DNA of 64,000 nt from Eledone cirrhosa (GCA_964016885.1 OZ024745.1:68882001-68946000), one strand, 5' to 3'. Positions 39,601 through 52,812 are shown, counted from the first letter of the stretch. The notes: generated from the sequence alone by a model not told the origin. Numbers and translations are program-made.

Positions 39601-40979
39601 CGAAATGTTAATTTTATGCAGTTATTAGAGGCTTAGTATTTGGTAATAAGTATAATTGAAAAAGGAAAAGGGAGAAGGTGTAAATAGTTATGGGAAGGTT
39701 AGTAATAAAGATATACATGGTAACTACTAGTAAGTGATGTGCTGACTGCTGGATAGGAAACTAAAGATGTTCCATTGGTGAGTTGTATTTTTGTTGTTGT
39801 TGTGACTGTTTCTTTCTTTTTCTTTTTTTTTTACAGGAAGATGAGTGTAAAAACATTACAAGTTGTATATAAGTGAGACTTAAGATATGGTGGTGTTGCT
39901 ATATCTATCACTCACGCTAGCGATGATGATGAGAAGAGAAGGCGCTTCAGGCTAGGCTAAAAACGAGAAACTTAGTAAACAACATCGGTGGCTATAATAA
40001 CATAGAAGAACATAAAACAGATGAAAGAAAGTACATGAAGCCGTTCTAGCACCAACTTTAACCCTTTTCATACCAAACTACACTTAGTTCTATGATACAA
40101 AACTTCTTGTTTTTAATTGTATATATTTATCTGGCTTTCTTTCGTTTTAAGTAAACGGATTTTCTACAAAATGTTCGAATAATAAAATATAAAAAAAAAA
40201 CAGTACTTGATCGACCTGTATATGAAAATTCCGAATGATCTATAAATAAAATAAAAGAAAATATCTCAACATGCATGGACATCACTTTCTCTCTTTTCCA
40301 GGTACTTGCAAGAAAATCACCTATTTAACAAGGAAGGAGCTATATTTATCTAAAAAAAAAACAAAAAAAAAAAAACAAAAAAAAAAACACACACACAAAA
40401 AAAACACAAAAACAAAACAACAATCCTTCTATGGAAGAACCTATATAATGTTATGTTCCAAACACCAGCTTACTAATGAGAAAGTTACTAAATCCTTTCA
40501 CATGTTCAAAATTAATTGAAAAATCAAAGGCATTAGAAATATGTTAACCAAAGAATAAAACTAAAGAGATATCATACATTGCTGATATTACTACTGCCTC
40601 TCAAAGACAAGTTCTAACATCACAAATGCATATTTTCTGTCTTCTAAAGAAATTCGAAATTCATTACCCAAAAGCTGATTGTTGAGATAATTAAGACGAT
40701 GATGTTTACTGGGATCTGATAGATGTTTATTTAAAGAATGGCCAATAATATTCTTTTACTGTTTTCCGTCATGCTGGAACACCACCCTAAATCGATTATA
40801 GTCGATCACATATATTAACCCCAGTACTTATTGTTTCAAGTTTGGTACATATTTTATCAATCTTCTTTCGTCGAACCACCAAGTTATGGGACATAGACAC
40901 ACATAAGTATATAAGAGATCTGATTATTTTCCATCTATCAACTTTCACTCATTAAAACATATGAACAAGATTTAATGAT

Positions 40980-41295
40980 TTACAAAGGAAACAAATCAAT
41001 AAAAATTAGTCAGAGAAAAGAATAAACGAGAGCAGACATGTACACTCAACTATATGTTACAATAGGGAATTCTGATGTTTCCTTCTGAACATTTTTGAGG
41101 CAAGCCAAGAAACTCGCAGCAATGCGGCGGTTGATAGAGTGGCTAAGGCGGTGATATAGCCAAGCACTCTCATGGGCATCAACTGACAGTTCAGTAAAAC
41201 GAACCACCAGTAAATAAATATACCTTGTTGTTGCTCTTGCCCCTTGGAGAAAAGCTCTAACATCACAAATTCTCATTTTCCATCCGCTAAAATAT
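40980..41295 (-). mobile_element. CRE-clade 3' fragment, same family as 60295
   Basis: VRFTELSVDAHESAWLYHRLSHSINRRIAASFLACL. Confidence 0.7.
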
Positions 41296-41449
41296 TTCGG
41301 ATTTCATCGTACTAATTACAAAAGCTGATTATTTTGATAAGACGATGAAGTTGGAAGAGATCTGGAAGATAATATCTGGCTTTAATTGCTTTCTGTCCTG
41401 GGTCGCTTAATTTTCCATGATTCCGCTTTATAAGATAAAGAAATCAAGG

Positions 41450-41675
41450 TGGGGAAAAAGCAATAAGAAAACTAACGTGCAAGTAGCTGAGCATTCAACA
41501 CACGTGTTCCCGTGCGTAGTTCTCAGGGAGATTCAGTGTGACAAGGCTGGCTCTTTGAAATACAGGTACAACTCGTTTTTGTTAGTTGAGCCAACTGGAA
41601 CAATTCAAAATAAAGTGCAAATGGAAATCGAAATCACAATCTTGCCATCGGGAGCCAAACACCTCTAAACACTAA
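41450..41675 (-). mobile_element. SINE family B, tail type 2
   Basis: CCTTGTCACAC..TGAATCTCCCTGAGAACTACG..ACACGTGT tail, in reverse. Confidence 0.7.
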
Positions 41676-42496
41676 AGTTATTTTCCTTACATTTGGCAAT
41701 GTTTGACATGAAAGAGTACACATACATCATTATCTTACATTCTTTTATAATTCTGAGTGGATACAATATAGCGAAATGGCTAAAAAGAACGCATTTTAAT
41801 CATAAGGCTTTGGGTTCAATCCTAATGCGCATCATCTGAAGCAGATATCATTTACCCTAGCTTCAGGTAGACGGAAACTGTTTGGAAGAACGGCGAATAG
41901 ATTGTACGTGTAATTCAACCGAGCAAGGGATTTGAACCGGAAGCTAACGCAGCGGCATGTAATCCAACGCTCTAAGACCAATAGACGATCACTAGGAAAC
42001 GAGAAGACTATGTTTGATGGTTTGTAAAATACAACAACAGTACTTTAAATTCTCCGGTGAACAACAGCCACACATGTTTCTATTTACGTTTGCCAGAACT
42101 TATTATCATTGTATGTGTGTGTTGAGGATGTGCCAATCTAGGTTTAGAAGTAACCGGGAGAGGAGGGGGCAATGTCGAAACCCAAGGCAATTTTATTTAT
42201 CATTTGCTTATATTCTTTTATTCTTTCACTGGTTTCAGTCATTTGACTACGGCCATGTTTCAGCACCATAGTTTTGCGGGCGTGGGTTCATTAACTTATA
42301 TATAATTAGTTTTTACTGTCTATCTATTTTAAATTCCGTTTACTGATTTATTTTGTACATGCCGACGGTCTAAAATGTTTAGTAATCTTTACTTTATAAT
42401 GTATCATCGATAATTTCTTGGTGCTTTGCGAAATTAACAAAAATCCGATGAACATATTTACGAATATTTAGCTGTGAAGTATATTTGATATCTGAG

Positions 42497-42790
42497 AAGG
42501 CTTAGTGATTAGGGTATTTGATTCATAATCGCAAAGTTGATTCCAAGACAGGACGAAGCGTCGTGTCTTTGCGTAAGACACTTTATTTCACATTGCTCGA
42601 AAAAAAAAGAAAGAAAAGGAGTTGTACTTATCATTAAAAGTGCTAGCCTTGTTACAGACTGCGTTACGCTGAATCTCGATGAGAATCATGTTAAGGGTAC
42701 ACGTGTGGAATACTCAGCTCCCTACATGTTAACTTCATGTTCGTATGATAACATTAGAACATTTGTCGTCGAAAACGACAGAGGTCCAAA
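42497..42790 (+). mobile_element. SINE family B, tail type 2
   Basis: Head GGCTTAGTGATTAGGG, core AAGACACTTTATTTCACATTGCTC, type-2 tail. Confidence 0.75.
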
Positions 42791-43108
42791 ATACGCATAT
42801 TTGAAATCTGACAGCTCTGAGTATAATTCATTAGACATGTCATTGATAAAATGTTTGGAAAGCTCTGGTCTAGAGATTGTTATCAAATAGAAAAAGTGTA
42901 AATAGCAATACAAGAAAGGTTTCAAAACTTTCCACATCTATAACATTCGTGTAAAAAATATGTTTCGTGACACATTAAACTTCGTTAGCGACACGAAATT
43001 TATAAATAAACAATTAAATACCATATCATATCTTTAATTGACTTATCAACACTCAAATAGACTTTACTGACTAAATATTGGCAATAATTAATCAAATATG
43101 ACTTAATT

Positions 43109-43177
43109 CCAATATCTCTAGGGTAGTATGGGACTGCTATATGACAAACCAATATCTCTAGGGTAGTATGGGACTGC
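43109..43177. repeat. Perfect 29-bp direct repeat
   Basis: CCAATATCTCTAGGGTAGTATGGGACTGC occurs twice with an 11-bp spacer. Confidence 0.9.
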
Positions 43178-43254
43178 CTGGGGAGGGTGGTTTTTTAAAC
43201 TTTGGGGCCAAATTTTGACATTTATGTAAGAAATAAAAATAAATAAAATAATGA

Positions 43255-43463
43255 TTTCTGATTTAGGCATAAAGCCAACAATTTTGGGGGGATTGGAATG
43301 TCAATTAAATCGATACCACTGCGTTACTTTATTTTATCGACCTCGTATGGACAAAAAGCAAAGCTAACCTAGGCGGGATTTCAACTCAGAAACGTAAAGG
43401 GACAGCGCTATATGCCGCAAAGTATGTTGTCCGACGCTTCACAAATACTGTCAATCCACGTCC
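43255..43463 (-). mobile_element. SINE family A, long subfamily
   Basis: Reverse complement of the core plus the extra segment. CpGs retained. Confidence 0.8.
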
Positions 43464-44448
43464 TAAAAATACATACAATACTACAATAGAATATTACTTA
43501 TAAAGATTTCTGATCTATATATACTTAGTAAATATTGTCTAATGATTATTTATCTATTTTTGTACGTGCCTGGGATCGATGATGTGTCAAGTATTCCATG
43601 AAGGCGTCGATTGTCTAAAAAAGAAACAAAAACTTGGTCACCCAAGCAATACAGTTTGGAAACATCTGATTTATAGATTATTATTTCCCGAAGAAGAGCT
43701 CTATCCAAACATCAGAATACCCTTCTTTTCAAGGCATACTAACATTAACAGCTTGCATTTTTAAAAATCATTATTGAACTAAATTTCGTCAACATCGGAT
43801 TAAATGTTTTGCAACATTCATTCTAGTTTTCTGTGCTATGAGTTAAAATCCCACCGATGTTAACTTTGCCTTTCGTAGATTCAAAGCTGCTAAATAAGGT
43901 CCCAGTCACGTTATCTGTTTTGGCTCTGTATGTTCAGTATCAAATCTCGCCACCTGTCAACAGAAAAAAACGCTAACGTTTCTATGGGGTTTCACAATGG
44001 ATAGATCAATGAAAACAGTTTCCTTGGTCTCATCTAAAGATTATTGGGATTAATGTCATTTACTTCATACGGCACAGTCAAAGTATTTTTACCGAAAGCT
44101 AACCTTTCTCTCGTTCCAGTGACTACCATCATCTATACTGATCTGAGGTACCCAACTTCGCAACCGATGAGAATAATTCTAAGCTGAATAATAGTTGTAA
44201 TAAAACTAGTTTAATATTTAGGAGTTGTATTTGTTTGGCAAGTGTGACCTGAGACCGTTTATTGAAACGAAAGCAATTACAACTTGGAAGAATAGTTTTA
44301 GTTGTTCAAAAATATAGATAATAAGCCACAAAAACTGTTAGCTTCATATCATATTTGTCGTTTATTTATTGGTGAATGTGTGTCAGTGACCAGGTCGTAG
44401 ACAGCATGTCAAAAATATTGACAAGAAATATTCGATAAATATATAATG

Positions 44449-44641
44449 GTTTTTGATATCGGCACAAGGCCAGCAATTTTGGTGGCGAGGAAAGTCGATT
44501 AAATCGACCCCAGTGCGTGACGGGTACTTTATTTTATCGACCTCGTAAGAATGAAAGGCAAAGGTAATCTCGGAGGGATTTGAACCGTAACTTTATGCCA
44601 TAAAGCATGTTTCCCGACGTTCTACCGATACTGCCAATTCC
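44449..44641 (-). mobile_element. SINE family A, long subfamily
   Basis: Reverse complement of the core plus the extra segment. CpGs retained. Confidence 0.8.
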
Positions 44642-45085
44642 CCTGTAAATATATAACACGTTTTCGGTGATTTTGAATGACTAAAGTGACACTTTCCATA
44701 CTGCATTTATTTCAATATATATTTTCCCAATTTGAGATTTCTAGCATATAATTTATATGAAATAGAAATGTATTCAGAATGTGTACAGTGACTGGCGCTT
44801 ATCAGCAACACCTGGAAATGATTTGTAATTAGTAAAATATGTGAAACCAGCAGACTGCTCCGTAAAGACAACAATGAAGCACCAGAGATAACATTGTAAG
44901 TATAGGATATAACAACATAAAGGTGGGAAATATGGTAGAGGAAATAATTATATTTCTTTACGTGTGTGTGTGTGTGTGTACACACAGACACATACACACA
45001 AAAAGGGTAAATGGAAATAACAAAGCAAGTAACAGTACAATGAAGAAATATATTTCTTTAATGGTTGATATAGTAGAAACACATG

Positions 45086-45121
45086 TCTTGACGTTTCGGG
45101 CATTGATTCTTCATCAGAAAG
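45086..45121 (-). ncRNA. Minimal hammerhead motif (GAAA-CG-UC type), stem II decayed
   Basis: Minus strand CUUU-CUGAUGA-AGAAUCAAUGCCC-GAAA-CG-UC-AAGA. Flanking sequence is shared with the copy at ~11620-11714. Confidence 0.5.
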
Positions 45122-45769
45122 TAGAATAAAAAAAATAAAAGATGGAATAGAAAGATAGAGAGTAAGAAGAGAAAGATATTTAAAAAACAAAAAAAAAACA
45201 CGTGTATTCAGTCAGCCATGTTTGGGAAGTTCACAGAGAGGGAGAGAGAGATGTTTTATCTCCTCTCAGAGTCGGTACTTGCAGATTTAGTACTCGAGGC
45301 TAGCTCTATGATATGCGTTCCCTTCTTCCGGTTGTGCACCACATTTCTCGAAATAAACTTACAGTTTGGCAAGCTGATAAACCTTTTTTTAATACTTATT
45401 ACTTTCACCACACTAAAAAAATTACAACGCCTTCATTTTCCACTACACAGTCCATACTCATCCACGCTAAATCATGTTACAGGTTATAACACCATTAGAT
45501 CCTCTCCACAGCTGTGGATATTTCCGCAATGATGCTAAAGATGCTGAGGGATTTATTTATTAATCGCAGGTAGTTATTATATATTCAATATAATTATATA
45601 GATAGATCTATATAAAACTGTGATCCTTTAAGATTTAGTTATGCGCCCTATGCAGATGCCTAGTTGGCCTAATGGTAGCGCCGACTGTCTCTTTTAACTC
45701 GTTGGAAAACCAACAATCATTCTTTAATTTCACCTTATGTTGCTGCTGTCATATTGAAATTCCTTTACT

Positions 45770-46128
45770 GATGATGGCCCCCACCCCAGGTCATGACTGA
45801 CCAAGGGATTGCATCTGGACAAGATATTTTGCGGAAGACTCCAGCCGTCACACACGCCTTCATGTCTCCCCTCTCCACACCACTGATGATATCCACAGGA
45901 AACGTTTAATTGAATCTCATATATACATTATATATGATGTTCCCCAAAAGAGAGCCAAAGGTCTTTACAGTTTGGCACCAGTGCCATCGCAACCCCTTTT
46001 TTTCTAGTAGAGTGAACTGGAGTTACGTAAAATAATGTATCTTATTCAAGAACACAATATGCCTGTCGGATTGAACTCATCACCTTATGATCGTTAATCC
46101 AGCATTCTAACCACTAAAATATGTGCCT
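45770..46128 (-). mobile_element. SINE family B, tail type 3
   Basis: Same head and core with a different 3' half, related to 34690-34870. Confidence 0.65.
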
Positions 46129-46574
46129 TTACTCTACTACTTAGTTCAAAAGCCAACGAACACTGCCTAATTTTTACCTTATGTTCCCCTCACCACCATA
46201 GAAAGGAAATAATACGTTATATAAAGTATACGGAAAGATTTTTGAATTAGGAAATAATGCTATGTTTGATCTAGGATGGCCACATTCAATGTATATAGTT
46301 TATTAAAAATAATATTTTACCAAAGCAGGATATAATTTATCTTTGACAATGATTGAAAGAGAGATTACATACAATGCGATGAACAAGAACTTCATAGGAT
46401 AAAAGAAATAAAGGAATACAAGAGATAAAGGATACGAGAGAACGATAGAAGGTGGAGAAGAAAGGGAGACAATCCAATTGATATAGCTGGTAACATTATT
46501 ATGAAGCCTTTAGTTAAGATTAGTCTTCTGAACTTAAGATGGTTTTATTGGGAAGTGTGTATCTAAACTTGCGA

Positions 46575-46850
46575 AGGTGCGTAGCTTACTGGTTAGATAG
46601 GTGGTCTTACAAACATAAGGTCATGTGTTCGATTTCCAGACGAGGCAACACATTGCGTCCTTGAGCAAAATATTTTATTTCATGTGGTGTAAGTCCATTC
46701 AGCTGACAAAAATGTGTTGTAACTGTAATTCAAAAAGCCAACCATGTCATATACTGAATCTCCGTAAGAATCACGTTATGATTACACGTGTCTAGAATGC
46801 TCTACCATTACAGGCAACTGGAACACTCATCGTTGAAAGCAACAGAAGTC
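46575..46850 (+). mobile_element. SINE family B, tail type 2
   Basis: Head, core and tail similar to the 42497 copy. Confidence 0.7.
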
Positions 46851-47064
46851 AATTCATTTTGTATCTAAGAAACAACACTGCTCAACTATCATCTAATACA
46901 CATTGGTGGTGGATTTGGTATATATTGGTGGTGGATGCAATAAATGATACTTCATTTACAATAATGAAAAAAAAATCTAAATTAATTTTTAAAAATAATT
47001 CCATCAACATAATTGTAATCTACATCATAGAAAACATCTTTTTGTAAGATTGCATTTAAAAGAT

Positions 47065-47320
47065 GTTCCAGCCTGCTCGTGAAATTAACGTGCAAGTGAC
47101 TGAGCGTTCCACAGATACGGTTACCCATAACGTAATCCTCATGAAGATTTAGAGTGGCATAGTTTGTGACAAGGCTAGCTTTTTTAAACGACTGGTACAA
47201 TTTATTTTTCTCAGCTGAGTGGATTGGAGAGATGCAAAATAAAGTGTCTTGCTGAAGGTCGCAACGCACAGCTGGGAATGGAACTCACGATCATGAACCG
47301 AACACCCTAATCACTAAGAC
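47065..47320 (-). mobile_element. SINE family B, tail type 2 (inverted relative to the 46575 copy)
   Basis: Reverse-complement match of head, core and tail. Confidence 0.7.
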
Positions 47321-49558
47321 TTCACAACTAAATTGTAGTTATGGTGAAAATGGTAACGAAATTAGAAGCTCTAGTAGAAATAGTCCAAATGTACTAACTA
47401 AACAGGCTATGTAAACTACTCACACAGACATCAAATTTTCCTGAAATAGTAACACGTCATTCTTTACATAAAAATAAATACATCTAGTTTATTCAAAACC
47501 AGAACAGATATATTTTCATACTAAATATTACTAAGAATTTCTAGAAATGTCTTCAAAGAAATACACATTATATAGTTATCGTATATACTCCAGTGTAAGA
47601 CTTTTATGATTACATTTTTATACAAAACTAGGAGGGGCCACCACTAGTGGATTAAGGGGTGTGCTGACTTGGCTCCACAATATTTAAAAGGCTCCAACAT
47701 ATTTTTTGCTACTATAAATTATACGCAAGGGCCTTGATGGAATTTTCATCCAGGAGCCCCAAGCAAACTTAACCGCCCTTGGGTCGCACTATACACAGGT
47801 ATTTGTTTGGTGAGGCTGGTATTCAGACATTTTCAGTGACCGTAACCTATTTGATAGGCCTACCGTATATCAAGGTACTGTTGGATAACCTTAATAGTAC
47901 TAATAATTTGGCCTACCTCCTGTAGCCTAAATTCTTTCTTTCAGATGCTACATGTAGAGCAGAACATCATTGGCTATGTACACTGCTTAAAATATTCAGA
48001 TACATTATACAAATGAAAGATAAAAGCTCTTTTCCCATCTCAATGTTGTGTACATCTTAATTCGTACTTGTTCATACCATTAGGTATTGCTTTTCCAATG
48101 TATCTCGATAATCCGGTTAATTACTGATATTATTTAAAAACAATACACTTAAGATTTTACACAGTACTCACATTTTCCACTATGATAGGTCTATCGGCAT
48201 TGCTTATATATATATATGTGTATATAAAAATAAAGTTAAATAAAAGTCAAATGATTAAAATTTAGCTTCGTTTATTACTGCTATATATATTTCAGTGACA
48301 GCCATCTTTGGCTATGACCGCTTCAGGCAGTTTGAATTAGTATGGTATAGACAAGTACATATGTTGTTTAGGTGTATGATATTGTCAATACTCTGATATG
48401 CCCAGTTCCTTGTTGGGTTGTTAATTCACTGGGGAACTGGAGTCATATATGTGTATATATATGTATATGAAGAGTTAATTTTATTTTCCTATTTCAAATA
48501 TACGTGCATCTTCATTTACCCTGCAATGTTCCTTTATGAGAGGCTACCACTACTACTCAAAAGCTCCATGTAAAAAAAAACACACATCAGGTATCGTAAT
48601 GTACATATATATATATATATATATACAATGATAGTCAACCTGTATTGCTCAAAACCTAGAGTAACTCCATGGAAAAAACAATCAGTATTTTTACCCCCCC
48701 CCCCCCCCAAAAAAAGGAGTTGCTTTATACAGTTAGTAGACTTATAATTGAGTATATATGGTTATTTTAGATTCTTCTATACACCACAGTACACCCATTC
48801 GATCAGTTTAAAATGATAACACTGATAGATATAATTTGAATACGCAAAGAATTGACAATAAACATTAGACAAAAACAAAAGTCAGGCGTATTCATTCAAC
48901 TATACACTACAACACAGATGCGAACAGTCTATACAGTTATTTGGGCAATGGCCGGTTGACGACTGGGCTGGGTTAAATAAGAAAATAGAAACAGAGGCTG
49001 AAAAAAGATGTCACGAAAAACTGAAGTTATAGATGAATAAAATAGAAAATAAAATAAAGATGGAATGCGTCTTAGCTGAGCAGTGAAAACACGGATCTGA
49101 CTGTCAGTGTTATCTAGTCCCCTTCTGCTACATCAGAGAATGCTGGTGTTCTGTTCTAAATGATTTTTAAGCATCCTGAAACACTCACGATTTTAAAGTG
49201 GATGGTGATGAAGATAATACTAGAATTTAAAATGTACTGCAGAGTAATGTCAACAAAGTGTTTATTGAGAACTTGTTGAAATCTTAATGTTTCATATTTC
49301 ACCGACTAACCAAAACTGGCATAACTACATTTTTCTCATATCTTTCTTATAATGCATATTTTTAATAAAAAATGGGTAGCGATGAAAATTTGAGGGAGCA
49401 GATTATGATTATGTTGATTAAAATTACTAAAATAACGATATATTTTTTCTAAAATACTTTCATTCTCGTATACTTCTGTGCGTTAATGCTTTCATTTGTA
49501 GTAAGCTAAACACAAATGCGGAAATGTTTCAATCATGCCTTCCAATATTATGTTGTTA

Positions 49559-49744
49559 TGAATTGGCAGTATCGGTAGAGGGTCGGACGCCATGCTTTGA
49601 CGCATAGAGTTACGACCCTTGCCATTCTGAGTTCAAATCCCGCCGAGGTTAACTTTGCCTTTAACTCATCCTTACGGGGTCGATAAAATAAAGTACCAGT
49701 AATGTACTGGGTCATTGTTGGCCTTGTGCCAAAAAGTAGAAACA
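49559..49744 (+). mobile_element. SINE family A, short subfamily
   Basis: 12-bp TSD ATTATGTTGTTA at 49547-49558 and 49745-49756. Confidence 0.9.
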
Positions 49745-49880
49745 ATTATGTTGTTAATGAACAATATCAATCAGTATTTCTACAATTATCAATTGAGGTA
49801 AAAATAATTTCATTGATATAATCGTAATTTACACATTCAAATATGTATCAAGGCAACATTTCTACTTATGTATTATTCGC

Positions 49881-50090
49881 ATGTGTGAGCCTCGCGAGCT
49901 GAAATGGCTATTCCAGCGCATTTCCCTCACCATCTTCCGAGGAAATGCCTTCTTTATTCTGTCCGCCGGGGCGAACAGCGCATGCCCCCCCCCCCCATTT
50001 GCTCATAATAGCGAGAGTTGGGGAGGAAGTGAGAGTTTAGGTCCTTCGCGTTTGGACATGGTGTATATGTCTATATTAACTTACTACACC
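49881..50090 (+). mobile_element. CRE-clade 3' fragment, second family
   Basis: EPRELKWLFQRISLTIFRGNAFFILSAG. Confidence 0.7.
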
Positions 50091-50735
50091 GCGCCACATG
50101 CTACAATTACATTAATCTCAGTAGTTGATTGGGAGATGAGGAAGGTTATGATGAAACAAAGCGGAGGATGGGAGTGAGATAAAGACGTTTCACTCGAGGA
50201 AATACGTACCGTATTTTCTGGTGTGGGGGAACCCGTTTCCTCCCTTCCCCTCAATATAATACGTCTGGAAATTTACCTTGCGTATTGGAGACCGAAGATT
50301 ACGTTAATAAATGTCTTGTTGACAATGTTGTAACCCAAAAATTGGGATGCGTCATGCAATTAATTTAATTGATATTCAACAAATACAATTTAACTACAAA
50401 CGTAAGATTGATATTCTAATACTGAAATTATAATAACAGAAATAATTTAACAATTGCAATCAACATTACGTTAATAAGATCGGAGTTTTATAAAATGTTA
50501 ATGAATACTATTCTCACATCATAAAAAGTGAACAAATTAAATTATCCAAATAAAATATTAAGAATAAATATTGGCAATAATTAAATAGCTTCTAATTATC
50601 AAAGACATTTTTTCCTGCATTGACTGACAGCTTCTGTTTTGTACCAGTCACCATAAATATCTCGAGTATACTTTGTCTCTGGACTATCAAATAAGAGAGG
50701 AAGATGAACAAATACCAGGCATTAATTAACCGATT

Positions 50736-50903
50736 TATCGGTAGAGGGTTGGATTATGCTTTCCAGCATAGTTACGTCCCTTTACGTTCTGAGTTCAATT
50801 CCCGTCGAGGTTAACTTTGTCTTTCATCCTTACGGGGTCGATAAAATAAAGTACCAGTAATGTACTGGGATAATTGCTGGCCTTGTGCCAAAAAGTAGAA
50901 ACA
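50736..50903 (+). mobile_element. SINE family A, slightly 5'-truncated
   Basis: 15-bp TSD ATTAATTAACCGATT at 50721-50735 and 50904-50918. Confidence 0.9.
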
Positions 50904-51142
50904 ATTAATTAACCGATTCCTTTTTGTGATGATCGCCATTGAGAACTCTAGTATCCTCTGCCAAATCAGAATGCTGGTATCATGCCCGAGGAATGGCTGT
51001 TGCAGTGAATATCGCCGGCCTTTGTGCGTGGGAACAATTTTGCTATCTTGTTCTCCAGTCGCAGCTAAGGTACGCCGACCAGACAAAGATGTAAATAATT
51101 CTTACCCATCTACGCGTATTTGTGTTTGAATATAAATTTTCT

Positions 51143-51350
51143 TGGCTTAGTCATAAGGGTGTTCGGCTCACGATCTTAAAGTTCTGTGTTCAAGTGCCAG
51201 AGAAACAGTATGTTCATGAGTAAGACACTTTATTTTACGTTGCTTCAGTCCCTCCAACCGCAGAAAATTAGTTCTACCAGTGATTCAAACATGTCACAGA
51301 TTGTGTCACATTGAATTCCACCGAGAAGTGTAGTAAGGGTACACGTGTAC
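51143..51350 (+). mobile_element. SINE family B, tail type 2
   Basis: GGCTTAGT..GGCTCACGATC head and core. Confidence 0.7.
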
Positions 51351-51495
51351 CAGCAATGGGCTGGTACTTTCTTTATCGAAAAATACATAGGTAGAAACAA
51401 AACAGTGCAATCAAATGTTTGCGGAAAAATATCTTACCTTCTCCAATAAAAAATATTGTATATTTTGCGTAATCCAGAGACTTTCAATAACGACC

Positions 51496-51918
51496 AGAAG
51501 TCGACCCTAAATATTACTAATAGCTCTAGGAAAGCCATGAACGACACCACATCTTTTCAACTTTAATTTCGAAAGTAGGTTTATAATTATCAATTTTCAT
51601 TATACATTTGTAGCTGTCTCGGTGGCCTAGTTGGAGGAATCATAGACGGTGGTGATCCTGGTCGGAAGTAAGGTTCCCGGTAAAACTTTTCAGCTTTTTT
51701 CTATTGGTTGTAAAATAAAAACTGAAAAAGGTTACATGTACCTCTTGACCAGGATTGAACCCAAGGTGAAGATCTCCACCGTCTCGCCACAGAGACAACC
51801 ACGAAAATCTTATGAAAATTCATACTTATAAACCTACTTTCAAAATTTTCAAAATAAAATGATGCGCTGTCATTCATGTCTTTCTAAATGTTATTGCTCC
51901 TACTTAAGGTCGACTTCT
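51496..51918. mobile_element. Long imperfect fold-back element (~200-bp arms) with tRNA-like segments in both arms
   Basis: AGAAGTCGACC.. and TTTCGAAAGTAGGTTTATAA.TAT.AATTTTCAT are mirrored on the right. A-box GGTGGCCTAGTTGG at 51621 and B-box GGTTCAATCC on the minus strand at 51752-51761. Confidence 0.65.
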
Positions 51919-52149
51919 AAATCATTTGAGTGTTCCATAAACTACATTCTCGTTTTGTTTCACATCTATCTAGATTATATTTTAACCTGTAATCCATGTT
52001 TCATTTCTGTCGCACCTCATTTCTGCCCCTCCTCTCTCTCTCTCTGATATTTCCGCTTACCTTATTCCTATATATATGTTTTTGCATGTCAGTTAGATTC
52101 AAACTTACAACGATTGGCATTATATATATATACATATATATATATATAT

Positions 52150-52381
52150 GTGTGTGAATGAAGTGATTCCGTCGGAAAGGTCCAGGAAAAAAGAGTGCTC
52201 TATGTAGGTTACAGAGCTTATTAGTTATGTAATAAACAACATGAAATAATTATTTCATTTACAAGTGGTTTCTTGAAAGCAACCAAAATTGCTTTCATTC
52301 ATCAGAATGAAAAAATCCAGAATGAAAAAATCCAGGATTTTTTCATTCTGATGAAATAATTATCTTATGTTGTTTATTACA

Positions 52382-52387
<6 letters not shown>
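52150..52387 (-). mobile_element. Fold-back PLE-like pLTR remnant carrying the 52253-52312 hammerhead
   Basis: 52223-52320 is mirrored by an internally deleted inverted copy at ~52335-52387. One-sided tail on the left and (TA)n flanks. Confidence 0.65.
52253..52312 (-). ncRNA. Type-I hammerhead ribozyme motif, core intact, GUA cleavage triplet
   Basis: Minus strand reads UUUCAUU-CUGAUGA-A-UGAAAGCAA(UUUUGG)UUGCUUUCA-A-GAAA-C(CACUU)G-UA-AAUGAAA, with 7-bp stem I and 9-bp stem II. Confidence 0.8.
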
Positions 52388-52418
<31 letters not shown>

Positions 52419-52627
52419 GTGGACTAGGTCTAAAAATATTGGTTGCCAGATGAAGGGGATCCACTTACATATGGAATGCTATCATTTAATTTTTATAATG
52501 AATAAATAACATTTTCAAAAAATACATAAGTGGAAACAAAAGAGTGCAATCAAATTTTTGCGGAAAAATATCTTACCTTCGCCAATAAAAAAAATGTATT
52601 TTGCGAAATCCAGTGACTTTCAATAAT

Positions 52628-52812
52628 TGTTTCTGCTTTTGGCACAAGGCCAGCAATTACCCAGTACATTATTGGTACTTTATTTTATCGACCCCGTAAG
52701 GATGAAAGGCAAAGTTAACCTCGGCGGGAATTGAACTCATACCATAAAGGGACGTAATTCTTTGCTGGAAAGCATAGCGTCAGACCCTCTACCGGTACTG
52801 TCAATCCATCAT
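52628..52812 (-). mobile_element. SINE family A, short subfamily
   Basis: 15-bp TSD GTGACTTT(C/T)AATAAT at 52613-52627 and 52813-52827. Confidence 0.9.

Noticed and set aside
41915-41998. Minus-strand tRNA-like sequence
   Set aside because: A- and B-box-like motifs are present but the cloverleaf pairing is poor. Probably a SINE or pseudo-tRNA relic.
45245-45530. Possible exon (GTAAGT at 45362) or hAT transposase relic
   Set aside because: No convincing acceptor or frame, and the motif similarity is too weak to call.
45882-45910. CTGATGA...GAAACGTT
   Set aside because: No stems I or II, and the homologous SINE tail at ~34840 reads CTGATGTT.
50920-51125. GC-richer segment, possible DDE transposase relic or exon
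   Set aside because: No frame gives a recognisable motif or paired splice sites.
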